This document shows, one piece after another, positions 1 through 7,727 of a stretch of 63,794 bases of DNA (position 1 is the stretch's first letter; the number at the start of each line of letters is the position of its first letter). The position numbers and the translations under genes are program-made. The DNA comes from an uncultured Acidaminococcales bacterium (GTDB taxonomy: Bacteria > Bacillota > Negativicutes > Acidaminococcales > JAISLQ01), in assembly GCA_964551985.1 (NCBI GenBank), contig CAZKFG010000004.1, positions 1 through 63,794 on the forward strand, read 5' to 3'. The notes under the pieces were generated by a model. That model had not been told where the DNA came from, ran no database searches, and saw only the letters and a program-made list of their open reading frames with translations.

Positions 1-56
1 ACGGCGATAAAATAAAACGAAACTTGCTGTTTGGTTATGTAAGGTTTTATTTTTAA
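1..56 (+). CDS. 3' end of an OmpM-like SLH porin paralogue (partial, runs off the window start)
   Basis: Reading from nt 3 gives GDKIKRNLLFGYVRFYF*. The C-terminal beta-signal YVRFYF* is identical to that of the porin at 19205-20545. A hairpin terminator follows. Confidence 0.6.
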   Translation, partial: GDKIKRNLLFGYVRFYF

Positions 57-65
57 ATAAAACAA

Positions 66-102
66 CAAAAACTCTCACGCTATAAAAGCGTGAGAGTTTT
101 TG
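66..102. terminator. Rho-independent terminator (A-tract/T-tract, could work bidirectionally)
   Basis: aaaaactctcacgc-tataaaa-gcgtgagagttttt: GC-containing stem followed by a T-run. Confidence 0.75.
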
Positions 103-126
103 TCATTTATGGTGGGAATTTTAGAC

Positions 127-155
127 TGGATATTTTGAAAGTTTTATTGTATAAT
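127..155 (+). promoter_or_regulatory. Candidate sigma70-type promoter with extended -10
   Basis: TGtTATAAT at 148-155. The -35 (TGGATA, 127-132) is weak and sits at 17-nt spacing. Confidence 0.35.
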
Positions 156-189
156 ATGTTAATATATTCGATAATTAACGGGTATTGGT

Positions 190-831
190 ATGAATGTGAA
201 AAAAATAGTTCTTATAACTTTTATTTTTTTTAATATGGTTGTTTTGTCAGCTGATGCCTCTATTATGTATAATGGCGTTGACGGGCTTATTAATGTGCCG
301 TCCGCGTATGTGAAAAAGCCTTACTCGGCTAAATTGGGCTATTTTTATACATCGTCTTTTCAAAGTATGGCGGGTAATGTTTCTTTGCTTAATGATATGG
401 ATTTTTCTTATAGTCGCCAGCGGTTTGATAATAATAAGGATTATAATATATACAGCACGAAAATTGCTTTGCTAAAAGAAAAAGTTTTGCTTCCGGCGGT
501 TGCTGTTGGGGTGATTGATTTGTCTAACCAGTTTGACCGCAGTTATTATGTAACAACTAGTAAGCAAGGACCGTTTGGTTTTCGCTTGCATTTGGGTGCA
601 AGATTTTCTGAAAATCATGAAAATGCAGTGTATTATGGGCTGGAAAAGCAAATTCGCTTGTCGGATGATTTGAAAAAGATGCTCTCTTTTATGCCGGTAT
701 TTAATTTGATGCTAGAATATGATGGTAATAGTTTTAATTACGGCGCATATGTGAGAAATTCTAAGGGAATGCTTTTTAATATTGCTTTTAGAGATAGGAT
801 GTTTCAAGCGAGTATTCAGTATGAATTTTGA
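190..831 (+). CDS. Secreted small putative outer-membrane beta-barrel protein, function unknown
   Basis: Signal peptide MNVKKIVLITFIFFNMVVLSADA and alternating beta-strand-like pattern. C-terminal ...SIQYEF* is an aromatic beta-signal. The GLINVPSA motif recalls YjbH-like proteins (from memory). Confidence 0.45.
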   Translation: MNVKKIVLITFIFFNMVVLSADASIMYNGVDGLINVPSAYVKKPYSAKLGYFYTSSFQSMAGNVSLLNDMDFSYSRQRFDNNKDYNIYSTKIALLKEKVLLPAVAVGVIDLSNQFDRSYYVTTSKQGPFGFRLHLGARFSENHENAVYYGLEKQIRLSDDLKKMLSFMPVFNLMLEYDGNSFNYGAYVRNSKGMLFNIAFRDRMFQASIQYEF

Positions 832-855
832 TTTTTGAAAGTGGGATAATATAGA

Positions 856-1728
856 GTGTGGCAATATTATTTGATGAAGATTGTCAGTAAAGTTGTATGT
901 GTTTTGCCAGATTGTTTGAAAAAGATTATTGGCAGTTTTTTGGGTAAGGTTTTTTGGTTTGTAACGCCAACTTGGCGTAAAAAGTTAGCTTATGACCAAG
1001 TGCAACAGTGTTTGCAAGTGGATGAAGCAAAAGCACGCAAAATAGCTCAAGATAGTGTTTTAAAGTATGGGCATATGATAGTTGAGGTTTTGTGTTTTCC
1101 GCTTTTGAATAAGGATAATATAGACAAGAAGGTTGTTTTTCAAGATAAAGCTAAGTTGCAAAAACTATTAGAACAAGGTAGGGGTATTGTTTGGGCTACT
1201 GCTCATTTTGGTAATTGGGAATTGTTTGGTGCGGGGATAGTCTTGCACGGATTTAAACTTGCGGCTGTCGCTCAAAAGCAAAATAATGAGGCGATGGATA
1301 GGTTTATTAATGAGTATCGTACTATGGTAGGTGAGCACGTAACTTATAAAACAGGTGTTATTGAGATGACAAGAATGCTTGAACATAATTATTTGTTAGG
1401 ACTTTTGGCGGATCAAGATGCGGGTAGTGTTGGAGTTATGCTGGATTTTTTTGGCAAAAGTACTTCTTGTCCTAAAGGACCTGCGGCACTGGCAAGACTT
1501 AAAAAATCGCCTTTGGTGCTTGCGCTTATGCAAGAGGGTGAAAATGGTATACACGAAATTGTTATAAGTGAGCCTGTGGAGGTAGAGTATAGTAAAAACC
1601 GTGAGCAGGATATTTTAAATGCAACGAAAAAACTTATGTTTTTGTTAGAGCAAGAGATTAGGAAAAATCCTACTATGTGGTTTTGGTTGCACAACAGGTG
1701 GAAGGCGGATAAAAAAATATATGAATGA
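856..1728 (+). CDS. Lipid A late (lauroyl/myristoyl) acyltransferase, LpxL/HtrB family
   Basis: 290 aa with an N-terminal hydrophobic anchor, the HFGNWE acyltransferase motif and a conserved DQD block. Sits in a lipid A context. GTG start. Confidence 0.75.
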   Translation: MWQYYLMKIVSKVVCVLPDCLKKIIGSFLGKVFWFVTPTWRKKLAYDQVQQCLQVDEAKARKIAQDSVLKYGHMIVEVLCFPLLNKDNIDKKVVFQDKAKLQKLLEQGRGIVWATAHFGNWELFGAGIVLHGFKLAAVAQKQNNEAMDRFINEYRTMVGEHVTYKTGVIEMTRMLEHNYLLGLLADQDAGSVGVMLDFFGKSTSCPKGPAALARLKKSPLVLALMQEGENGIHEIVISEPVEVEYSKNREQDILNATKKLMFLLEQEIRKNPTMWFWLHNRWKADKKIYE

Positions 1729-1743
1729 AAAAGGGGTATTTTT

Positions 1744-2592
1744 TTGAGTAATATAGAAAGGCAAAAAACTATAAAGCAGAGTGTTTCGCTATCAGGTATT
1801 GGTCTGCATTCGGGAAAGGGAGCCAATATAACTTTTAAACCGGCTTGTGAGAATACTGGCATTGTTTTTGTTCGCATTGATTTACCGCTTTGCCCTAAAA
1901 TTCCGGCAGTGGCGAATTCTGTCAGTGCTACTGTGCGTGCGACAACTTTGTCTAATGATGGCGCGAGTATTTTTACGGTAGAGCACGTTTTGGCAGCGCT
2001 TTTTATGTGTGGGATTGATAATTGTTTTATTGAGATGGATTGTCAAGAGCCGCCTGTTATGGATGGTAGTGCGCTAGAATTTATTAGGCTTTTGAGTCAA
2101 GCTGGTATTCAAGAGCAAAGCGCTGACAGGGTTGTTAATATACTTACAGATAGCTTTGGTGTTTATGACGAGGATAGGCATATAATAATAGTACCCTACA
2201 ACGGACAAAGATTTTCTTTTTTGTCAATAAATGAGCATCCGCTTTTGGGAACGCAATATTTTGATATAGAAGTTGGAAAAACAGATTTGTTAAAAGAGAT
2301 CGCGCCAGCTAGAACGATTGCTTTTGTCCATGAGGTAGAAGGGTTGAAAAAGATGGGTCTTGGTCTTGGTGGGACAATGGATAATGTTATTGTTTATGAT
2401 AAGGATAAAGTGCTTACACCACTTAGGTTTGATGATGAGCTTGTTCGCCATAAACTTTTGGATTTGATAGGTGATTTGTTTTTGGCAGGCAGATTTTTGG
2501 GGCATGTTATTGCGGTTAAATCTGGTCACGCTTTGAATGCAAGGCTGGCAAGTGAAATAATAAAGTCTTTACAAAAAGGAGCTGAAAAATGA
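1744..2592 (+). CDS. lpxC: UDP-3-O-acyl-GlcNAc deacetylase
   Basis: KQSVSLSGIGLHSGK..ITFKPA, FVHEVE and HKLLDLIGDL motifs. TTG start sits 7 nt after GGGG. Confidence 0.9.
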   Translation: MSNIERQKTIKQSVSLSGIGLHSGKGANITFKPACENTGIVFVRIDLPLCPKIPAVANSVSATVRATTLSNDGASIFTVEHVLAALFMCGIDNCFIEMDCQEPPVMDGSALEFIRLLSQAGIQEQSADRVVNILTDSFGVYDEDRHIIIVPYNGQRFSFLSINEHPLLGTQYFDIEVGKTDLLKEIAPARTIAFVHEVEGLKKMGLGLGGTMDNVIVYDKDKVLTPLRFDDELVRHKLLDLIGDLFLAGRFLGHVIAVKSGHALNARLASEIIKSLQKGAEK

Positions 2593-3050
2593 TGATTAGT
2601 TTAGATATTTTAGGGATACAAGAAATTTTGCCACACAGATATCCGTTTTTGCTTGTTGATAGAATATTGGAGCTAGAGCCAATGAAAAGAGGACTTGGGA
2701 TAAAAAATGTAACTTTCAATGAGATACATTTTCATGGGCATTTTCCCGATCAGCCAATTATGCCTGGTGTTTTAATTTGTGAAGCGATGGCTCAGGTTGG
2801 TGGTATTGCTTTGTTGTACCCAGAGGAAAACAGAAAAAAATTGGCTATGTTTACAGGTATGGATAATGTGAAGTTTCGCCGTCCTGTAGTGCCTGGTGAT
2901 CAGCTTTTAATGGAAGCGACTATTTTGAAAATAAAAGGTAATATGGGTAAAATTGGCACAGTATCACACGTTGGCAAAGAACTTGTTGCGCAAGGTGAAT
3001 TTATGTTTGCATTAGTGCCAAAAATGAAGAAAAACAGTGATGTTGAATAG
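2589..3050 (+). CDS. fabZ: 3-hydroxyacyl-ACP dehydratase
   Basis: ILPHRYPFLLVDRI and HFPDQPIMPGVL hot-dog dehydratase motifs. Start overlaps the lpxC stop (ATGA). Confidence 0.92.
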   Translation: MMISLDILGIQEILPHRYPFLLVDRILELEPMKRGLGIKNVTFNEIHFHGHFPDQPIMPGVLICEAMAQVGGIALLYPEENRKKLAMFTGMDNVKFRRPVVPGDQLLMEATILKIKGNMGKIGTVSHVGKELVAQGEFMFALVPKMKKNSDVE

Positions 3051-3185
3051 ATAAATAACTTTAATTTGCTTAAAACATATAATTTGACATAAATTTGTTT
3101 TTTTTTGTTGTGTTTATAATGGGCTAATGTGAATGATTATATAAATATTATGTCTATAATATTTTATTGATAGTGGGGTAGAAAA

Positions 3186-4004
3186 ATGCTAAAAGATGCA
3201 AATGTTATTCAACTTAGAAAGATACATGATACAGCTGTTATACACCCTAGTGCAAAAATTGCCAAAGATGTTGAAATAGGGCCATATGCTGTAATTGGTG
3301 AAGATGTACATATTGATAGCGGGACACAAATTTGCGCCCATGCTGTGATAGAAAAATGGACTTCTATTGGCAAAAATTGTATTATATACCCTAGTGCTGT
3401 TATTGGCGGTGAACCGCAGGATTTGAAATTTGTTGGTGAAAAAAGTTGTGTTATTATTGGTGATAATACTAAAATTCGTGAATTTGTGACTATCAATAGG
3501 GCTACAGGCGAAGGTAACGAGACGAGAGTTGGTAATAATGTTTTGCTTATGGCGTGTACTCATGTAGCACATAACTGCATTGTTGGGAATAATGTTATAA
3601 TTTCTAATGGTACAGGTTTGGCAGGACACGTTATTGTTGAAGATAGAGCAGTAATTGGTGGACTTACTGGTGTGCATCAATTTGTCAAAATCGGTCGCAA
3701 TGCTATGGTTGGTGGTGCGGCAAAGATTGTACAAGATGTTCCTCCTTTTGTTGTAGTTGACGGTAATCCGTCTTTCGTAGCGGGGCTTAATCGGGTTGGT
3801 ATTGCACGTGCTGGCGTGTCGCCAGAGGTGAGAAATGAACTGAAAAAAGCTTATAAAATTATATATCGTTTGGGCAATACTTTAGATCAGGCAATAGCTG
3901 AGATGGAAACAGAACTTGCTTTGAGTGAGGAAATAGAACATTTACTTCGTTTTTTGCGTAATGTAGAAAGAGGCATTTGCCGTCACAGAAAAGACGATAA
4001 CTAG
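3186..4004 (+). CDS. lpxA: Acyl-ACP--UDP-GlcNAc O-acyltransferase
   Basis: IHPSAKI start, long left-handed hexapeptide repeats and a C-terminal helical domain. 272 aa. Confidence 0.9.
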   Translation: MLKDANVIQLRKIHDTAVIHPSAKIAKDVEIGPYAVIGEDVHIDSGTQICAHAVIEKWTSIGKNCIIYPSAVIGGEPQDLKFVGEKSCVIIGDNTKIREFVTINRATGEGNETRVGNNVLLMACTHVAHNCIVGNNVIISNGTGLAGHVIVEDRAVIGGLTGVHQFVKIGRNAMVGGAAKIVQDVPPFVVVDGNPSFVAGLNRVGIARAGVSPEVRNELKKAYKIIYRLGNTLDQAIAEMETELALSEEIEHLLRFLRNVERGICRHRKDDN

Positions 4005-4015
4005 GGAGTAGTTTT

Positions 4016-4837
4016 ATGCAAGAGAAGATAGGATTATTAGCAGGAGTAGGTTTTTTGCCAGTCGATTTTGCCCGTGCCGCCAAAGGCATGGGTTTTCACG
4101 TTACGGCAATAGGGCTTGTTTCAGGTGTAGAGCCGTCTTTGCAGGAATATGTAGATTGTTATTACCAGATAAGTGCTGGCAAGCTTGATAAAATAATCAA
4201 AACTTTAAAAAAAGAAAATATTAAAACTGTTACAATGCTTGGAAAAGTTACTAAAGAGGTGCTTTATAAAGGCTTTGGTCTAGATTTTCGTGCGATTAGG
4301 CTTTTATTTTCTTTGAAAAACCGTAACGATGATACTATTATGCTCGCAATTATAAATGAGCTTGCCAAAGATGGTATCTCTGTTATGGATCAAACTAAAA
4401 TGATTTCTATTTTGATGCCGCAAACGGGGCAATTGACCAAAAGAGCACCAACGCTAGAAGAAGAAAAAGATATTACTTATGGTTTTAATATGGCTCTTGA
4501 AATTGGTAGATTGGATATTGGGCAGACTGTTGTTGTGAAAAATCAAGCAATCATTGCAGTAGAAGCTATCGAAGGCACTGACGCTTGTATAAGACGAGCG
4601 GGGCTTTTGGGTGGTGAAGGTACTGTTGTTGCAAAAACTGCTAAACCTCAACAAGATAGTAGGTTTGATGTACCAAGCGTTGGCGTTGATACAATAAAAT
4701 CAATGATTGAAGCTAAAGCAAAAGTTTTGGTCATAGAAGCGGAAAAAACACTGTTTGTGCAACAAGAAGATGCAATTGCTTTGGCTGATGAAAATGGTAT
4801 AGCAATAGTATCAAGGCACAAAGGAGAGCTTTTATGA
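4016..4837 (+). CDS. lpxI: UDP-2,3-diacylglucosamine pyrophosphatase LpxI (DUF1009)
   Basis: IGLLAGVGFLPV N-terminus, IEGTD and AKTAKPQQDSRFDVPSVG motifs. Located between lpxA and lpxB. No lpxH in the window. Confidence 0.8.
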   Translation: MQEKIGLLAGVGFLPVDFARAAKGMGFHVTAIGLVSGVEPSLQEYVDCYYQISAGKLDKIIKTLKKENIKTVTMLGKVTKEVLYKGFGLDFRAIRLLFSLKNRNDDTIMLAIINELAKDGISVMDQTKMISILMPQTGQLTKRAPTLEEEKDITYGFNMALEIGRLDIGQTVVVKNQAIIAVEAIEGTDACIRRAGLLGGEGTVVAKTAKPQQDSRFDVPSVGVDTIKSMIEAKAKVLVIEAEKTLFVQQEDAIALADENGIAIVSRHKGELL

Positions 4838-5985
4838 AAAATGTTATGATTTGTGCCGGTGAGGCGTCAGGTGATTTGCATGCTGGTGCTTTGACAAAGG
4901 CATTGTTGCAATTAGATAAATCTATCAATGTTTTTGGAATGGGTGGCGAAGCTTTAAAAAAAGCTGGTGGCGAGGTATTATTTGATATAAAAGAACACAG
5001 TGTAATGGGTTTTGCAGAAGTTATCTGCAAATTACCGGCTTTGTTTAAACTCAAGGACGCATTGAGTTCTTTAATGGACGAGAGGCGTCCTTGCTGTCTT
5101 GTCGTTATTGATTATCCTGATTTTAACATGAGAATTGCTAAGATTGCTCATGCTAAAGGAATACCTGTAGTTTATTTTATAGGACCTTCTGTTTGGATTT
5201 GGCGCAAGGGTCGAGCTAAGCAGATAGCAGATAGTGTTGATACGATTGCAGCGATTTTCCCCTTTGAAAGAGATGTGTATTTAAATATTGGAGCGAATGT
5301 TGATTTTGTTGGACATCCGCTAGTTGACATAGTAAAACCAGCGTTAGATAAAAAACAAGCAGAAAAATTAATTGGCAAAAAAATTGGTAGAAAGGCAGTT
5401 TTATTATTGCCTGGCAGTAGATTGCAAGAAATTAAAAAACTTTTGCCGCCAATTTTACAAGCAGCAGAAATTATGGCAAAAACAAGATCTGATTGCGATT
5501 TTTACTTACTGCGTGCCAATACAATCGCACAAGAAATATTAGATGAACAGTTGCAAAAAATATCTGTGCCAATAAATATCATTACAGGTCATAGTTATGA
5601 TATAATGAGTGCATGTGATGTTGCGATTGCTACAAGCGGGACTGTTACACTAGAGGCAGCGCTTTGTAATTTGCCTTCGGTTATAGTTTATAAAACATCT
5701 CCAATATCGGCGTTTATTGCAAGACGCATTATAAAAGTCGACAATATTGGTTTGCCAAATATTGTTTCGGGCAAAAAAATATTACCTGAACTTTTGCAAG
5801 AAGAAGTTGTGCCAGATAAAATAGCAAAATCTGCGCTTGATCTACTCGACGAAAATAATAGAGCTAAGGTCGATGAAAATTTAGCTTTTATGAAAGAACG
5901 ACTTGGAAAACCTGGTGCGGTAAAAAGGGTGGCACAGATTGTCCTTGATATTATAAATCGCAGCAATGTTAGGAGTGAGAGATGA
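4834..5985 (+). CDS. lpxB: Lipid-A-disaccharide synthase
   Basis: MICAGEASGDLHAG N-terminus, DYPDFN and ATSGTVTLEAAL motifs. 383 aa. Confidence 0.9.
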   Translation: MKNVMICAGEASGDLHAGALTKALLQLDKSINVFGMGGEALKKAGGEVLFDIKEHSVMGFAEVICKLPALFKLKDALSSLMDERRPCCLVVIDYPDFNMRIAKIAHAKGIPVVYFIGPSVWIWRKGRAKQIADSVDTIAAIFPFERDVYLNIGANVDFVGHPLVDIVKPALDKKQAEKLIGKKIGRKAVLLLPGSRLQEIKKLLPPILQAAEIMAKTRSDCDFYLLRANTIAQEILDEQLQKISVPINIITGHSYDIMSACDVAIATSGTVTLEAALCNLPSVIVYKTSPISAFIARRIIKVDNIGLPNIVSGKKILPELLQEEVVPDKIAKSALDLLDENNRAKVDENLAFMKERLGKPGAVKRVAQIVLDIINRSNVRSER

Positions 5986-7727
5986 AAGTCTATTTGCGAT
6001 TGCTAAAATACTTAAAGCCATATTATAAAAGATTTATTTTGGCTGTTTTTTGTACAGCGATGGCAGCGGCGGGAAATCTTTATATTCCTTGGATTGTCAA
6101 AGATATGGTTGACAAGGTTTTGACAACGCGTGATTATGCAATGCTCAATCTTATTTGCTTGAGTATAGTGATAATTTTTATTGTCAGAGGATTTTTTTAT
6201 TTTGGACAAAGCTATTTGATGGCGTATGTAGGACAAAAAGTAATTATTGATATAAGAGCAGATCTCTATAAAAAGCTAAACAAATTGACCTTGGCGTTTT
6301 TTGAAAAAAACAAAACTGGTACAATTATGAGCTATATAACCAATGACGTTGCGGCACTACAAATAGTTTTAACCCAAAGTGCTATAGAGATGTTTACAGA
6401 AGGTCTGATTTTATGTGGTTCTATCTTGGCTATGTTTTTGCTTGATTGGCGACTTACCTTATTTACTTTTGCTACTTTTCCAATAGTTTTGGTTGTAATT
6501 GATTTTTTTGGTAAAAAAATTCGCGCTTCAGGGCATAAAATTCAAGAACGTACAGCAGATTTGACTTCTGTATTACAAGAGAGTGTTTTGTCGGCAAAAG
6601 TGATTAAATCTTTTGTGCGTGAAGATTATGAAATAAAGCGTTTTGAACAGGAAAATCTGCTTAATTTTCAAGCTAATATGAAAAATTCACAACTTGCGGC
6701 AATTTTAACACCCACGGTTGAATTTACTGCAGCGGTTGGTGTGACGATAATTTTATGGTATGGCGGTCGCAGTGTTATTAGTGGAGAAATAACATCAGGA
6801 GCCTTGATTGCTTTTTTGGTTTATGCTGTAAATATTGCAAACCCTGTAAAACGGTTGACAAAAGTTTTTTCAGAAGTTCAAAAAGCTTTAGCAGCAGCAG
6901 AACGTGTTTTTCATGTTTTGGATATTATACCTGATATTACTGATAAAAAAGATGCTCTAGCTTTGCCTTGTATAAAAGGTGATGTTAGGTTTGACAATGT
7001 TAGCTTTGGTTATAATGATGGCAAAAATATAATTAAGAACTTATCATTTAATGTTAAAAGTGGTCAATTGATAGCTATTGTTGGACCTAGCGGAGCTGGT
7101 AAAAGTACTATCTCTAATCTTTTATGCAGATTTTATGATGTAACTTGTGGTAATATTAGTATCGATGGGATAAATATTAAAGATGTTACAACAGCATCTT
7201 TAAGAGAACAAATTGGTATAGTACCACAAGAAACAGTTTTGTTTAATAAGAGTATTTATGACAATATTTTATATGGTAATCTTGATGCAGATGAAGCAAA
7301 AGTAAAGCAAGCGGCGATTTTTGCCAATGCGGATGGCTTTATAAGTCAAATGGTAGACGGCTACAATACTCTTCTTGGCGATAGAGGAGTAAATTTATCT
7401 GGTGGTCAAAGGCAGCGTATATCTATTGCTAGAGCTATCTTAAAAGACCCTAGAATATTAATTCTTGATGAAGCAACTTCGGCTTTAGATACTGAAAGTG
7501 AAAAAGTTGTACAAGAAGCTTTGGATAGGCTACTTGTTGGCAGGACATCTTTTGTTATTGCGCATAGATTGTCTACTATACAGCGTGCGGATTTAATACT
7601 TGTTTTAGACAAAGGGCAATTAGTTGGAAGTGGAACGCACGATGAACTTTTAGCTAAAGGTGGGCTATATAAAAATCTTTATCAAAGCCAGTTTCGTGAT
7701 GATAAACTAGAGAGTGGAGAAGCTTAG
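5982..7727 (+). CDS. msbA: Lipid A/LPS flippase-type ABC exporter (TMD-NBD)
   Basis: Six-TM exporter domain. Walker A GPSGAGKST, signature LSGGQRQR, Walker B ILILDEATSALD. Positioned after lpxB. Confidence 0.8.
   Translation: MKVYLRLLKYLKPYYKRFILAVFCTAMAAAGNLYIPWIVKDMVDKVLTTRDYAMLNLICLSIVIIFIVRGFFYFGQSYLMAYVGQKVIIDIRADLYKKLNKLTLAFFEKNKTGTIMSYITNDVAALQIVLTQSAIEMFTEGLILCGSILAMFLLDWRLTLFTFATFPIVLVVIDFFGKKIRASGHKIQERTADLTSVLQESVLSAKVIKSFVREDYEIKRFEQENLLNFQANMKNSQLAAILTPTVEFTAAVGVTIILWYGGRSVISGEITSGALIAFLVYAVNIANPVKRLTKVFSEVQKALAAAERVFHVLDIIPDITDKKDALALPCIKGDVRFDNVSFGYNDGKNIIKNLSFNVKSGQLIAIVGPSGAGKSTISNLLCRFYDVTCGNISIDGINIKDVTTASLREQIGIVPQETVLFNKSIYDNILYGNLDADEAKVKQAAIFANADGFISQMVDGYNTLLGDRGVNLSGGQRQRISIARAILKDPRILILDEATSALDTESEKVVQEALDRLLVGRTSFVIAHRLSTIQRADLILVLDKGQLVGSGTHDELLAKGGLYKNLYQSQFRDDKLESGEA

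Noticed and set aside
1413-1877. 154-aa minus-strand ORF spanning the lpxL/lpxC junction
   Set aside because: It is antisense to two well-supported genes, its composition is low-complexity and hydrophobic, and it has no RBS. This is a typical shadow ORF in AT-rich DNA.
3189-3734. 181-aa and 95-aa minus-strand ORFs inside lpxA
   Set aside because: They are antisense to the hexapeptide-repeat region of lpxA. Repetitive codon structure keeps antisense frames open, and there is no independent support.
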